DNA of 64,000 nt, taken from an uncultured Bacteroidales bacterium (GTDB lineage: Bacteria; Bacteroidota; Bacteroidia; Bacteroidales; FEN-979). Below, piece after piece: positions 29,720 to 40,450 of the stretch. Location: assembly GCA_903885595.1 (NCBI GenBank), contig CAISJJ010000250.1, forward strand, positions 12,207-76,206, read 5' to 3'. The notes under the pieces are model-generated. The model made no database searches. It worked only from the letters and a program-made list of their open reading frames with translations, and was not told where the DNA came from. Position numbers and translations under genes: made by a program. Each line of letters begins with the position of its first letter. Within the stretch, counting starts at the first letter, position 1.

Positions 29720-31639
29720 TTATTTGTCTTTTACCTCTTCGAAGTCTACATCTGTCACCTCATCGCTTCCGGCATTTTTTTGTCCTTGCTGATTTTGACC
29801 AGGTTCCTGCTGTGGACCACCCTGTGGACCGCTTTGTGAAGCATTTTTATACATCTCTTCACTGGCAGTTTGCCACATCGAATTGAGGTTGGCCATAGCT
29901 GCATCGATTGCAGTAAAATCACGGTTCTTGTGTGCATTCCTGAGATCTTCAACCGCCTTTTCAATAGCTGCTTTTTTATCAGCAGGAAGTTTATCTCCAA
30001 ACTCTTTCAGTTGCTTTTCGGTCTGAAACACCAAACTGTCGGCCTGATTCAATTTATCAACCTCTTCCTTCACTTTTTTATCTGCATCTGCATTGGCTTG
30101 CGCTTCTTCACGCATGCGGCGGATATCAGCTTCAGAAAGACCTGAGGATGCCTCGATCCTTATCTGTTGCGATTTCCCGGTAGCTTTATCCTTAGCTGTA
30201 ACATGTAAAATCCCATTGGCGTCAATATCGAAAGTAACTTCAATTTGAGGGATTCCTCGCTGAGAGGGGGGAATACCATCGAGATGGAACCGGCCGATGC
30301 TTTTGTTCTGGTTGGCCATCGGACGTTCACCCTGAAGAATGTGAATTTCCACCGAAGTCTGACCGTCAGCTGCTGTTGAAAACACCTCCGATTTCCGGGT
30401 AGGAATTGTTGTATTTGATTCAATCAGGCGGGTCATCACACTGCCAAGTGTTTCAATGCCAAGTGACAATGGAGTTACATCCAGAAGCAGTACATCCTTA
30501 ACCTCACCGGTAAGCACACCACCCTGAATCGCTGCTCCAATGGCAACAACTTCATCAGGATTTACACCCTTTGAAGGTTCCTTGCCAAAAAGATCGCGTA
30601 CCAGTTTTTGCACTGCGGGAATTCTGGTTGAACCTCCCACAAGGATGACTTCATCTATCTCTGAAGCTTTCAAACCTGCGTCCTGCAATGCTTTCTGGCA
30701 GGGGGGAATGGTCGATTGCATCAGGCTGTCAATAAGTTGCTCAAATTTGGCCCGGGTCAATTTCTTCACCAGATGCTTGGGAACTCCGTCAACCGGCATG
30801 ATATAAGGCAGGTTGATCTCTGTTTCCATAGAACTGGATAATTCAATTTTTGCTTTTTCAGCAGCCTCTTTTAACCGCTGCTGCGCCATCGGATCTTTTC
30901 TCAGGTCGAGACCTTCTTCCCGCTGAAATTCGTCGGCAAGCCAGTCGATAATAACATGGTCGAAATCATCCCCGCCAAGGTGCGTGTTTCCATTGGTCGA
31001 TTTAACCTCAAAAACACCTTCTCCCAATTCAAGTATTGAAATGTCGAAGGTTCCGCCACCAAGGTCAAACACAGCAACTTTAATATCCTTATGCTTTTTA
31101 TCAAGTCCATAGGCAAGGGCTGCTGCAGTAGGCTCATTGATGATACGCTTTACCGTGAGTCCCGCAATTTCGCCGGCCTCCTTGGTTGCCTGACGCTGCG
31201 AATCGCTGAAATAAGCCGGAACAGTAATTACGGCCTCTTTTACTTCATGACCAAGATAGTCTTCAGCTGTTTTCTTCATTTTCTGAAGAACCATTGCTGA
31301 AATTTCCTGTGGGGAATATAGTTTTCCTGATATATCAACCCGGGTTGTATTGTTATCACCCTTTGTAACCTTAAAGGGCACCCGTTTAATTTCCTTTTGT
31401 ACCTGATCCCAGGTTTCACCCATAAACCGTTTGATCGAAAAAACAGTATTTTTCGGGTTAGTGATTGCCTGCCTCTTAGCGGGATCTCCGACCTTACGTT
31501 CGCCGCTATCAGTAAATCCGACAACCGAAGGAGTTGTGCGCCTCCCTTCGCTGTTTGGAATAACAACTGGTTCGTTGCCTTCCATCACAGCCACACAGGA
31601 GTTGGTGGTTCCAAGATCAATACCAATAATTTTAGCCAT
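29720..31639 (-). CDS. dnaK: Chaperone DnaK
   Basis: [25 protein letters not shown] and C-terminal DVDFEEVK motifs. Start MAKIIG at 31639. Confidence 0.98.
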   Translation of the reverse strand: MAKIIGIDLGTTNSCVAVMEGNEPVVIPNSEGRRTTPSVVGFTDSGERKVGDPAKRQAITNPKNTVFSIKRFMGETWDQVQKEIKRVPFKVTKGDNNTTRVDISGKLYSPQEISAMVLQKMKKTAEDYLGHEVKEAVITVPAYFSDSQRQATKEAGEIAGLTVKRIINEPTAAALAYGLDKKHKDIKVAVFDLGGGTFDISILELGEGVFEVKSTNGNTHLGGDDFDHVIIDWLADEFQREEGLDLRKDPMAQQRLKEAAEKAKIELSSSMETEINLPYIMPVDGVPKHLVKKLTRAKFEQLIDSLMQSTIPPCQKALQDAGLKASEIDEVILVGGSTRIPAVQKLVRDLFGKEPSKGVNPDEVVAIGAAIQGGVLTGEVKDVLLLDVTPLSLGIETLGSVMTRLIESNTTIPTRKSEVFSTAADGQTSVEIHILQGERPMANQNKSIGRFHLDGIPPSQRGIPQIEVTFDIDANGILHVTAKDKATGKSQQIRIEASSGLSEADIRRMREEAQANADADKKVKEEVDKLNQADSLVFQTEKQLKEFGDKLPADKKAAIEKAVEDLRNAHKNRDFTAIDAAMANLNSMWQTASEEMYKNASQSGPQGGPQQEPGQNQQGQKNAGSDEVTDVDFEEVKDK

Positions 31640-31693
31640 ATTAAAATCTCCTTTCAAATAAACAATAATTTCATTAGAATTTGATCGGAATAA

Positions 31694-31744
31694 GTCAATC
31701 ATTGTGCCAAAACATTTTTATGTCAGCAAGGTGACAAAAAGACA
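31694..31744 (-). promoter_or_regulatory. Putative sigma54-like -24/-12 element plus TGTCA/TGACA inverted repeat upstream of dnaK
   Basis: Minus strand reads TTGGCAC-AATGA-TTGA (31710-31695); TGTCA-N6-TGACA at 31721-31736. Confidence 0.45.
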
Positions 31745-31755
31745 GGAGAGCGGAA

Positions 31756-31819
31756 AAGCGAGGTAGCGAGGTAGCGAAATAGCGAGGTAGCGAAATAGCG
31801 AAATAGCGAGGTAGTGAAA
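31756..31819 (+). repeat. Octamer array TAGCGAGG/TAGCGAAA x8
   Basis: Mixed GG/AA units ending in TAGTGAAA; same family as 2266 and 54909. Confidence 0.95.
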
Positions 31820-31823
31820 ATTG

Positions 31824-32831
31824 TCAGAAGCCCAGGCCGCTGGTATGAACGTTTACCTTAAGTTCTGCTTTGGTCAAATCACTGATACCAAGGGAATCAG
31901 ACAATTTTATGAACCTAGAAGAAAAGAGTCCAATACCGTTCACTATGTTTGTAAAGGAAGGTTTTTCCTGCACAAGTGAAAGAGATGGTTCTGTCACCTC
32001 CATGTAGGTATTGAGTTCGGAGGCTGCCACAGTAAAAATAAAGTAACAATGATGTGCGACTCGATGATGGACAAGCGTATCGGGTTTAATATTCGTCCCA
32101 ACCACTGCATAAAAAGCACTGCCGGGATAATAAAGATCAAATGGAAGTGTACTTTGATCATCAATCGCCTTGACATTATTAAAAACTATCCAATCCATCG
32201 ATCTAGGATAGAGACTGTCAGGCTTGTTTTTTAGCGATTCATAATAATAAAAGCGTACTAAAAGTTGGTAACGTTTTCCATTTTTTGCAGGACTCCATTT
32301 CACTTCAAACATCTGATTCGGGGGGAAACTAGCAACAGACATTGGTTTAGATATCTCAAAATCATGCACCAAGGCTGTCTTTGCGGTTATCGCCTTGCCA
32401 GACTTCTTGTTCATAATGTTTAATTCGTAAATATAATTTTGATTCAATTTAGCTGTCGTATAGTACATTAGTTGATCAGGATAGTAAAACACCGAATCCC
32501 CTTTTCTTTTATTATGAATGGTGATTGTATCGCAGGAATATGATTGAATAAATATGGTATCATTAGTTTCATTCACGAGAAATTCTTTAAGGCTGACTTC
32601 CAGTTTATCAGGATAGTTACTGGAATCCGGAATTTTGGAAAACATCAGCGCGTCGCCTTCACCTAAAAAGGCCTTGGTTATCTTTAGAAAAGTTGTATCA
32701 TCTGTTTGATCAAGCAAACAATATACTACCGTTACATCTTTCCAGTCGGCATTAACATTCAAATCCTTATTGCACGAGTAAAGTGCACCAATGAACAGCA
32801 GCAGCAGAAATAAATAGCGTACGGGGCGCAT
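31824..32831 (-). CDS. Lipoprotein (DUF4249-like)
   Basis: Lipobox LYSC and C-terminal FTNIVNGIGLFSSR. Confidence 0.75.
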   Translation of the reverse strand: MRPVRYLFLLLLFIGALYSCNKDLNVNADWKDVTVVYCLLDQTDDTTFLKITKAFLGEGDALMFSKIPDSSNYPDKLEVSLKEFLVNETNDTIFIQSYSCDTITIHNKRKGDSVFYYPDQLMYYTTAKLNQNYIYELNIMNKKSGKAITAKTALVHDFEISKPMSVASFPPNQMFEVKWSPAKNGKRYQLLVRFYYYESLKNKPDSLYPRSMDWIVFNNVKAIDDQSTLPFDLYYPGSAFYAVVGTNIKPDTLVHHRVAHHCYFIFTVAASELNTYMEVTEPSLSLVQEKPSFTNIVNGIGLFSSRFIKLSDSLGISDLTKAELKVNVHTSGLGF

Positions 32832-32900
32832 GCGGGTTGAATTTTGATAATTGGCAAAAGTACGTAAAATTATTGTAGTTTTGCTATTCAAATTAATATT

Positions 32901-33725
32901 ATGTCAACAGCCATATCATTCAGGAATGTGACCAAAGTCACCACCCATGTGATCCAGGAAATGAAAAACAAGGGTGAAAAAATAGCGATGCTCACGGCAT
33001 ATGATTATTCCTTTGCGCGAATCCTTGACCTGACGGGTATTGATGTGATTCTGGTTGGCGATTCGGCCTCGAATGTTATGGCGGGCCATGCCTCAACCCT
33101 GCCCATCACCCTGAACGAGATGATTTACCACGGATCGTCGGTCGTACGGGCTGTTAAACGTGCTTTGGTAGTAGTCGACCTGCCGTTTGGAACCTACCAG
33201 GGTAATTCAAAGGAGGCGCTCAATTCAGCCATCCGCATCATGAAGGAGGCCGGAGCAGATGCGGTGAAACTGGAAGGAGGCAAGGAAATTATCGAATCAG
33301 TCGACAGGATTTTGTCTGCCGGTATTCCGGTGATGGGTCATCTCGGACTGACTCCCCAGTCGATTCATAAATTTGGAACCTATGTGGTTCGTGCAACCAG
33401 CGAAGAGGAGGCAGCAAAGCTTCTTGAAGATGCACACCTGCTCGAAAAAGCTGGTTGTTTTGCCATCGTTCTTGAAAAAATACCGGCAAAACTCGGGGGC
33501 ATCGTAACCAAAGCCCTTAGAATCCCTATTATAGGAATCGGCGCAGGCAAGGATGTAGACGGGCAGGTATTGGTGCTGCACGATATGCTGGGAATCACCA
33601 TGGAATTTTCACCCCGGTTTCTCCGGCGGTATCATAATCTTTCGGAGGAAATTCGTGGCGCTGTGAACACCTATATCCATGATGTGAAAACCCTCGACTT
33701 CCCAAATGAGAAAGAGCAGTATTGA
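32901..33725 (+). CDS. panB: 3-methyl-2-oxobutanoate hydroxymethyltransferase
   Basis: [27 protein letters not shown] and IGIGAG...DGQVLV motifs. Confidence 0.97.
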   Translation: MSTAISFRNVTKVTTHVIQEMKNKGEKIAMLTAYDYSFARILDLTGIDVILVGDSASNVMAGHASTLPITLNEMIYHGSSVVRAVKRALVVVDLPFGTYQGNSKEALNSAIRIMKEAGADAVKLEGGKEIIESVDRILSAGIPVMGHLGLTPQSIHKFGTYVVRATSEEEAAKLLEDAHLLEKAGCFAIVLEKIPAKLGGIVTKALRIPIIGIGAGKDVDGQVLVLHDMLGITMEFSPRFLRRYHNLSEEIRGAVNTYIHDVKTLDFPNEKEQY

Positions 33726-34422
33726 TCAGGATATTTTATACGAAGACAACCACCTGCTTATCCTTAACAAGCAACCGTCTGACATTGTTCAGGGAGATAA
33801 AACAGGTGACGAACCCCTCAGCGAAATACTGAAAGGCTATATAAAAAAGAAATACAACAAACCGGGAGATGTATTCCTTGGTGTTGTACACCGCCTTGAC
33901 CGGCCGGTAAGCGGGGCGGTGGTATTCGCCCGTACAACGAAAGCATTATCCCGGCTGAATATGCTGTTACGGGATGGCAAAATGAATAAAACCTATTGGG
34001 CCATCGTGAAGAACAAACCGCCAGAAATGGAAGCCCATCTTACACAATACCTGACCCGTAATGAAGAAAAAAACAAATCTTCTGTTTATGATAAACCAGT
34101 AAACGGTTCACAAAAAGCCGAATTGATCTATAAAGTTATTGGGAAAAGCGACTTATATTACCTGTTATCCATACAACTTCTTACAGGTCGTCATCATCAG
34201 ATCAGGGCACAACTTGCCGCAATGGGATGCCCAATTAAAGGTGATCTGAAATACGGATACCCAAGATCCAATCCAGGTGGGTTCATACACCTGCATGCAC
34301 GTTCAATTGAATTTCTCCATCCGGTGAAAAAAGAACTCCTTTTGGTTATTGCAAATCCACCTGCCGACAAACTTTGGGATTTCTTCAGTTTGCATGACAA
34401 CCAGCAAATGATTTTTACATGA
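33706..34422 (+). CDS. RluA-family RNA pseudouridine synthase
   Basis: [18 protein letters not shown] and GDLKYG motifs. Confidence 0.93.
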   Translation: MRKSSIDQDILYEDNHLLILNKQPSDIVQGDKTGDEPLSEILKGYIKKKYNKPGDVFLGVVHRLDRPVSGAVVFARTTKALSRLNMLLRDGKMNKTYWAIVKNKPPEMEAHLTQYLTRNEEKNKSSVYDKPVNGSQKAELIYKVIGKSDLYYLLSIQLLTGRHHQIRAQLAAMGCPIKGDLKYGYPRSNPGGFIHLHARSIEFLHPVKKELLLVIANPPADKLWDFFSLHDNQQMIFT

Positions 34423-35213
34423 GCAAAATCCACGCCTCCCCGGATACAACATTCTCATTGCAGAGTCAGGCAATTCCCAAATCAGCCTACACTCAGTCTA
34501 TCTTTACAGCCAGTCAGTTACATCACAGAAAATTCGAAGTAAAGGTCGCAAGGCCCAATCACCCTGACTGGATACTGGCCATCATTATTTTCTGCATTAT
34601 ACTTATCACCTGGGCCCGGGTTTTTTATTATAATCGCATGCAGCAGATATTCAGGGCGCCATTTTCAAAACGTTTCATAAATCAACTGTCCCGTGATGGT
34701 AACCTTTTTAAGGAAAGGGTCGCGGTAGCCATGGGGGTAGTCTTTCTTTTAGCGTTTTCACTACTGCTCTATGAAACCAATCAACAAATCCTGGGGTTTA
34801 CATTTCCCCATGTTAGCGGTTTGATGCTATTCTGGTTTCTCCTGATCATCTTCATTGTCTTTCAAACTGTCAAAGTGGCACTGATCCGATTTCTGGGAAT
34901 TATTTTTAAAACCAGGGATGTAACTTACAGGTATTTGTTGAACATGCTGATTTTCTCGCTATTCACCGGACCTGTATTGCTTGTTGGATTAATTCTAGAC
35001 CTTTACCTGAAATCAATTTTCATTTTATATTTATGCCTGATTATCGTAACATTAATATATGCCTTTAGGTTTGTGAAAGGGTTTTTTATCGGAATTTCGC
35101 TGACGAAGTTTTCGTACTTATTTTTATTTGTGTATCTTTGCAGCCTCGAAATTTTACCCCTGCTGGTTATTATCAAATTCATGGTCAATCACGCGAACTC
35201 CGCAGGTGGCTAA
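34419..35213 (+). CDS. DUF4271 membrane protein
   Basis: Multiple TM helices, C-terminal YLCSLEILP, and its usual position upstream of hemD. Confidence 0.8.
   Translation: MSKIHASPDTTFSLQSQAIPKSAYTQSIFTASQLHHRKFEVKVARPNHPDWILAIIIFCIILITWARVFYYNRMQQIFRAPFSKRFINQLSRDGNLFKERVAVAMGVVFLLAFSLLLYETNQQILGFTFPHVSGLMLFWFLLIIFIVFQTVKVALIRFLGIIFKTRDVTYRYLLNMLIFSLFTGPVLLVGLILDLYLKSIFILYLCLIIVTLIYAFRFVKGFFIGISLTKFSYLFLFVYLCSLEILPLLVIIKFMVNHANSAGG
35133..35140 (+). promoter_or_regulatory. Bacteroidota -7 box (TATCTTTG) inside DUF4271, probably driving hemD-rnpA
   Basis: Exact TAnnTTTG match about 110 nt upstream of the hemD start. Confidence 0.5.
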
Positions 35214-35249
35214 GTATTTCGGGATGTTGAACCCAAATACCTTACGGCC

Positions 35250-36002
35250 TTGAAAGTAAAGAATATTCTCGTTTCCCAGCCTCAGCCAATTGATTTTGAA
35301 AAATCACCCTATGGCGAAATTGCACGGAAATTCAATGTCAATATTACTTTTCGCAAGTTCTTCATAATTGAAGGAATTCCGGCAAAGGACTTTCGCAAGG
35401 ACCGGGTAAACATGCTGGATTATTCAGCGGTGATCTTTACTTCGCGCAATGCAGTGGATCATTATTTCAGGATGTGCAAGGAGATGCGGATTGAAGTGCC
35501 TGAAACCATGAAATATTTCAGCATTTCTGAATCCACCGCCTATTACCTTCAAAAATATGTTCAATTCAGAAAGCGAAAAATTTTCCATAGCAAGGAAAGT
35601 TCTGCCAACCTGATGGAACTGATCAAAAAGCATAAGACCGAGAAATTCCTGCTTCCCTGCTCTGATATTCATAAACAGGAAATCCCTAAAATGCTTGAAG
35701 AAAATAAAATTCAATACAAGAAAGCCATAATTTACCGTACATTGGCCAACGACCTTTCCGATCTGGATATCAGCAATTTTGACATGCTTGTATTTTTCAG
35801 CCCGTCGGGCATAAAATCACTTTTTAAAAACTATCCCGATTTCGTGCAGGGTGATACAGCCATTGGGGCATTTGGCAACTCCACCCACAAAGCCATAAAG
35901 GAGGCAGGTTTGACACTCAATGTGGAAGCACCAACCCAAACAGCGCCTTCAATGACCATGGCCATTGACCTTTTCCTCCAAAGCGAGTGCAAAAAGAAGT
36001 AA
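35250..36002 (+). CDS. hemD: Uroporphyrinogen-III synthase (HemD-like)
   Basis: ILVSQP, VIFTSRNAVD and VFFSPSGIKSL motifs; TTG start. Confidence 0.88.
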   Translation: MKVKNILVSQPQPIDFEKSPYGEIARKFNVNITFRKFFIIEGIPAKDFRKDRVNMLDYSAVIFTSRNAVDHYFRMCKEMRIEVPETMKYFSISESTAYYLQKYVQFRKRKIFHSKESSANLMELIKKHKTEKFLLPCSDIHKQEIPKMLEENKIQYKKAIIYRTLANDLSDLDISNFDMLVFFSPSGIKSLFKNYPDFVQGDTAIGAFGNSTHKAIKEAGLTLNVEAPTQTAPSMTMAIDLFLQSECKKK

Positions 36003-36060
36003 TCATTACATTTTAATATCTTCGTGCCTTGTACTATTTACAGGGAAACCGGGATAAATC

Positions 36061-36453
36061 ATGAGGAAAACTTTTTCCAAAGATGAGCGACTCAGCAGTC
36101 ATCGGATCATCAGCAAGTTATTTGCCAGCGGTTCAACTTTTCACCTTAAACCTTTCCGGGTTACCTGGATGTTGACCTCTTTGGATGTATCATATCCGGT
36201 TCAGGTACTTATGAGCGTTCCAAAATACAACTTCCGGAAAGCCGTGCACCGCAATCTGATCAGGAGGCGAATGAGGGAGGCTTACCGTATCAACAAAAAC
36301 ATTATTTATAATTCCCTTGCAGAAAAAGAAAAGCAAATGGTGGTCTGCTTCACCTATACAGCCAAAGAAATAGTATCTTTCGACCTGATCCAAGGAAAAA
36401 TAATCTTACTTTTACAACGTTTAAAAGAAGAGAATGAAAAAGTTACTGGGTAG
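36061..36453 (+). CDS. rnpA: Ribonuclease P protein component
   Basis: FSKDERL and SVPK...[17 protein letters not shown] (RNR motif). Confidence 0.93.
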   Translation: MRKTFSKDERLSSHRIISKLFASGSTFHLKPFRVTWMLTSLDVSYPVQVLMSVPKYNFRKAVHRNLIRRRMREAYRINKNIIYNSLAEKEKQMVVCFTYTAKEIVSFDLIQGKIILLLQRLKEENEKVTG

Positions 36454-36655
36454 TTTTTTCATTTTGCTGATTCGTATTTACCAGGGGGCCATATCGCCTT
36501 ATCTCATGCCGTCGTGCCGTTACACACCCAGTTGTTCGGTTTATGGAATCGAAGCCATCCGGAAGCATGGTCCGTTCCGGGGTGGCTGGCTGGCGTTTAA
36601 GCGTATTGGCAGATGCCATCCCTGGGGAGGAAGCGGGATTGATGAAGTACCCTGA
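36434..36655 (+). CDS. yidD: Membrane protein insertion efficiency factor
   Basis: CRYTPSCS.Y and RCHPWGGSG motifs. Confidence 0.93.
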   Translation: MKKLLGSFFILLIRIYQGAISPYLMPSCRYTPSCSVYGIEAIRKHGPFRGGWLAFKRIGRCHPWGGSGIDEVP

Positions 36656-36693
36656 GCAATTACCAATTACCAAATAATAACGCAGGCAGAACG

Positions 36694-38439
36694 ATGGGAA
36701 AAACATATTTTTTAAATGTAAGACAAGCTGGATTTGTTGGGTTGGTATTTATGCTGCTATTTCCGGGGTTGCAGGGAACATACGCCCAAGCGCCAAATCA
36801 ACAGGGTTTTGAGATCATGAAAAATCTTGATATTTATTCTAATATGATCAAGGAACTCAACCAGGATTATGTGGATGAAATCAACCCCGGGGAACTCACA
36901 CAAACCGGAATCAACGCCATGCTGGAATCCCTGGATCCCTACACAAATTTCATCCCCGAGTCACAGGTTGAGGATTACAAGTTTATTACCACAGGGCAAT
37001 ACGGCGGAATTGGCGCTTTAATTCACCAGCAAGGTGATTTTGTCGTGATATCGGAACCATATGAAGGCTCCCCTGCTCAAAAAACAGGCCTGAAGGCAGG
37101 AGATAAAATATTGGCTATTAATGGGAAACAGGCAAAAGGAAAAACATATGATGATGTCAGCTCTTATCTCAAGGGGCAGGCAGGTACAACCGTTACCCTG
37201 CAAATTGAACGGGATGGAGAAAGCAAACCCATTGATAAAGTCATCACCCGCGAGATCATCAAAATTGACAATATCCCCTATTATGGCATGGTGGATCAAC
37301 ATACCGGATATATCAAGCTGACTGGGTTTACCCAAAATGCTGCCAAAGAAATGCGTCAGGCCTTTTTTAAACTCAAGGAGGGAAATGACCTGAGGGGAAT
37401 CATCCTTGACGTGAGAGGCAATGGTGGCGGTTTGCTGAATGAAGCGGTTGATATTGCCAACCTTTTCGTTGAACGGGGACAGGAGATTGTGAGCACCAAG
37501 GGAAAAATGGCAGATAAAAACCGGATACATTCAACCCTGAATCCGCCCGTTGATCTGACCATTCCTGTTGTCGTGCTGGTGGATCATTCAAGCGCTTCTG
37601 CAAGTGAAATCCTTGCAGGATCTTTACAGGATCTTGACCGTGCTGTTGTCATCGGCCAGCGCACATTTGGAAAGGGATTGGTTCAAAATGTTGTTCCCCT
37701 GTCCTACAACGCCCAGATGAAAATTACAGTGGCAAAATATTACATCCCAAGCGGAAGATGCATCCAGGCGATTGACTATGCACACAAAAAGAAAGACGGA
37801 ACATTCGGCAAAATTCCTGATTCATTGATCCGTGCTTTCAAAACAAAAAATGGCCGGACTGTTTACGATGGAGGAGGCATAAATCCCGATGTACTCACCA
37901 AACCACGGAGATTCAGCAATCTTGCCCTTGCCCTATATGGAAAGTATCTCATTTTTGATTTTGCTACATTGTATGCCCGCGAACATCCTTCAATTTCATC
38001 GGCCAACACTTTTGAGATCAATGATTCTATTTACAGCAGCTTCATTGAATACATCAAGGGTAAAGATTACAACTATACAACAAAAAGCGAAAGAGCGCTT
38101 GAGGCATTGAAAAACGAAGCAATGAAGGAAAACTATTTTGATGCCATGCATGAAGAATATGACCACCTGAAAAGCCGTATGGATGGAGATAAACTTGATG
38201 ATCTGAAAAAATATAAAGAACAAGTGACTGAACTCCTTAAAATGGAAATCGTGACCCGGTACTTTTACCAGAAAGGTAAAATCGAGGCGACGCTGAAGGA
38301 TGATCCCGATTTAGCTACAGCTGTTGCCACTATTAATGACCCTGAGAAGTATTCGGCAATCCTTTCCGGGAAATATGTTCAGACAAAACCTGAAATTCCG
38401 GTCAATGCAGATGATGAGGATGAAAGCATTGATGAATAA
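36694..38439 (+). CDS. S41 C-terminal processing protease with PDZ domain
   Basis: LDPYT, GGIG (PDZ), DVRGNGGGLL, SASASEI and TFGKG motifs. Confidence 0.93.
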   Translation: MGKTYFLNVRQAGFVGLVFMLLFPGLQGTYAQAPNQQGFEIMKNLDIYSNMIKELNQDYVDEINPGELTQTGINAMLESLDPYTNFIPESQVEDYKFITTGQYGGIGALIHQQGDFVVISEPYEGSPAQKTGLKAGDKILAINGKQAKGKTYDDVSSYLKGQAGTTVTLQIERDGESKPIDKVITREIIKIDNIPYYGMVDQHTGYIKLTGFTQNAAKEMRQAFFKLKEGNDLRGIILDVRGNGGGLLNEAVDIANLFVERGQEIVSTKGKMADKNRIHSTLNPPVDLTIPVVVLVDHSSASASEILAGSLQDLDRAVVIGQRTFGKGLVQNVVPLSYNAQMKITVAKYYIPSGRCIQAIDYAHKKKDGTFGKIPDSLIRAFKTKNGRTVYDGGGINPDVLTKPRRFSNLALALYGKYLIFDFATLYAREHPSISSANTFEINDSIYSSFIEYIKGKDYNYTTKSERALEALKNEAMKENYFDAMHEEYDHLKSRMDGDKLDDLKKYKEQVTELLKMEIVTRYFYQKGKIEATLKDDPDLATAVATINDPEKYSAILSGKYVQTKPEIPVNADDEDESIDE

Positions 38440-38539
38440 TCCTGACAAAACAAAATGCCATATAATAAGAATTAAATCATGCTTCCTGATGTCAATGAGC
38501 CGATCCCGACTGACAGGAGTGTAAATTAAACGATATCAA

Positions 38540-39028
38540 ATGAATGAGGTTACCTACTCTTTTAACTACCTGGTATATAATTCCATAGAAGAATTAGCCT
38601 TTGCCGACAGGGAATTGCTTGAAAAGGCAAAAGCAGCAACTCATGGTTCTTTTGCCCCCTATTCGCATTACCATGTGGGAGCCGCTGTACGACTGGCAAA
38701 CGGCATCATTTTTTCCGGAAGCAACCAGGAAAACATGTCATTTCCCGCTGGCTCCTGCGCTGAGAGAGTAGCAGTATTTGCTGCTGCTGCCAGCTATCCG
38801 GATATTCCGATGGAGGCTCTTGCAATCAGTGCAAAAGCTGACTCATTTGACGTTACCGATCCTGTGCCTCCATGTGGGATTTGCAGGCAGGCCATTTTAG
38901 AATATGAGTTGAAGTTCAATAATAAAATCCACCTCATCCTGGGTGGCCAAAATGGTCATGTGTACGTTATTGAGGGTATGGGGACCTTGTTACCCCTGGC
39001 ATTTATTGAAAAAGGACTTAAAAAATAG
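38540..39028 (+). CDS. cdd: Cytidine deaminase
   Basis: APYSHYHVGAA, NQEN, CAER and PCGICRQ motifs. Confidence 0.93.
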   Translation: MNEVTYSFNYLVYNSIEELAFADRELLEKAKAATHGSFAPYSHYHVGAAVRLANGIIFSGSNQENMSFPAGSCAERVAVFAAAASYPDIPMEALAISAKADSFDVTDPVPPCGICRQAILEYELKFNNKIHLILGGQNGHVYVIEGMGTLLPLAFIEKGLKK

Positions 39029-39070
39029 TTCAAAGATCAAAACTCAAAATTCAAAATTCAAAATTTCAAA
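39029..39070 (+). repeat. Heptamer array (TCAAAAT type)
   Basis: tcaaaga tcaaaac tcaaaat tcaaaat tcaaaat ttcaaa immediately after the cdd stop. Confidence 0.85.
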
Positions 39071-39105
39071 CTGACAGCCAAAATCCTTACAAGAAAATTC
39101 TCCCC

Positions 39106-39996
39106 ATGAAAAAATCTTACACTGTTTTATTGATGTTCCTCCTCTTGCCCTTTCTGGCAATGAAGAGCGACAAACCGGCATACAAGATGTACAATGCCAA
39201 AGGCAGGACAGCCGAATACAATGACATTCTTAAAGCAGCGTTAAATGCTGATATTGTTTTCTTTGGCGAGATGCACAACAATCCTATCTGTCATTGGCTG
39301 GAGCTTGAACTGACAAAAGACATGTATGCCGAAAAAAAAGACAAACTGATACTCGGGGCTGAAATGTTTGAATCCGATAACCAATTGCTGATTAATGAGT
39401 ATATTTCAAAATTGATCAGGAAGAAGGATTTTGAATCTGAAGCAAAGCTATGGCCGGGCTATAAAAGCAACTATGCTCCTATTGTCGACTTCGCACGGGA
39501 AAATGGGATAAAATTTGCTGCAACAAACATTCCACGTCGTTTTGCGGCACTGGTTAATCTGAAAGGATTTGAAGGCCTCGACAGCATAAATGCACTGGAG
39601 CGGGGATTGATGGCGCCACTGCCGGTTAAATATCCCGATACGCTGGAATGCTATGCCAGTATAGCAAAAAGCATCGGAGATGGTCAGCCTGCACATCTCA
39701 CTGCTAACCTGGGGAAAGCACAGGCGATGAAAGATGCTACCATGGCACACTTCATCATGAAATACGGGGCTTACGGGCAAAAGACACTCCTGCATTTTAA
39801 CGGATCATATCACAGCGATGATTACCAGGGGATCGTATGGTATGTGAACCAGGCCATTCGGAAAACAAGCTATGAATTGAAAATCCTCACTATCACATGC
39901 CTCGAACAGGAGAATATAGATACCATTTCAAAACCGGATGCAGCAAAAGCTGATTATATCATCATGATTCCCGCTTCGATGACCAAATCGCAATAA
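39106..39996 (+). CDS. ChaN-family (iron-regulated/EreA-like) exported protein
   Basis: DIVFFGEMHN, LGAEMF, AQAMKDATMA and HFNGSYHS motifs. Confidence 0.85.
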   Translation: MKKSYTVLLMFLLLPFLAMKSDKPAYKMYNAKGRTAEYNDILKAALNADIVFFGEMHNNPICHWLELELTKDMYAEKKDKLILGAEMFESDNQLLINEYISKLIRKKDFESEAKLWPGYKSNYAPIVDFARENGIKFAATNIPRRFAALVNLKGFEGLDSINALERGLMAPLPVKYPDTLECYASIAKSIGDGQPAHLTANLGKAQAMKDATMAHFIMKYGAYGQKTLLHFNGSYHSDDYQGIVWYVNQAIRKTSYELKILTITCLEQENIDTISKPDAAKADYIIMIPASMTKSQ

Positions 39997-40039
39997 CTCA
40001 TTTTCGCCCATGCCCTGACAGGGTGCAGGTTCGACATAA

Positions 40040-40441
40040 CTATGCGAATGTATAATAGGCATTGATCAGAAAATTCCAAAGCGTCACAACCAGCGTGGCT
40101 GCCAATTTTGAGATATAGAAATTCACTTTGAACTTACCTGACATGGCCCAGATGATCAGCAGGTTGATCATCAATCCGATCAGCGCAATAATAAAAAATC
40201 GCGTAAATTCAAGTACAATGTTTGGATTGGTACTGTGAAAAGTCCAAATGCGGTTCATAATATAATTGGATGTTGCCGCCATTACGAAGCCACAAGTATT
40301 TGCTAGATATTTCTGGATTTTAAAATATTCCTTGCAGACGAATGTAATACCGAAATCAACAAAAACACCTGAAAAACCAACCAGGCTGAATTTGATGAAT
40401 TTAAGAAAAAAAACTTCGGTGAAAAAAGATGGAAGGTCCAT
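40040..40441 (-). CDS. GtrA-family membrane protein
   Basis: FIKFSLVG...NYIMNRIWTF...WNF; four TM helices. Confidence 0.88.
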   Translation of the reverse strand: MDLPSFFTEVFFLKFIKFSLVGFSGVFVDFGITFVCKEYFKIQKYLANTCGFVMAATSNYIMNRIWTFHSTNPNIVLEFTRFFIIALIGLMINLLIIWAMSGKFKVNFYISKLAATLVVTLWNFLINAYYTFA

Positions 40442-40450
40442 GAATCAATA

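Noticed and set aside
29755-31684. Several short ORFs overlapping dnaK (and similar ones over purL, acn, icd)
   Set aside because: They are alternate-frame or antisense shadows of well-supported conserved genes.
35250-36002. Isolated hemD as a sign of an unusual tetrapyrrole pathway
   Set aside because: The DUF4271-hemD-rnpA arrangement is ordinary in Bacteroidota.
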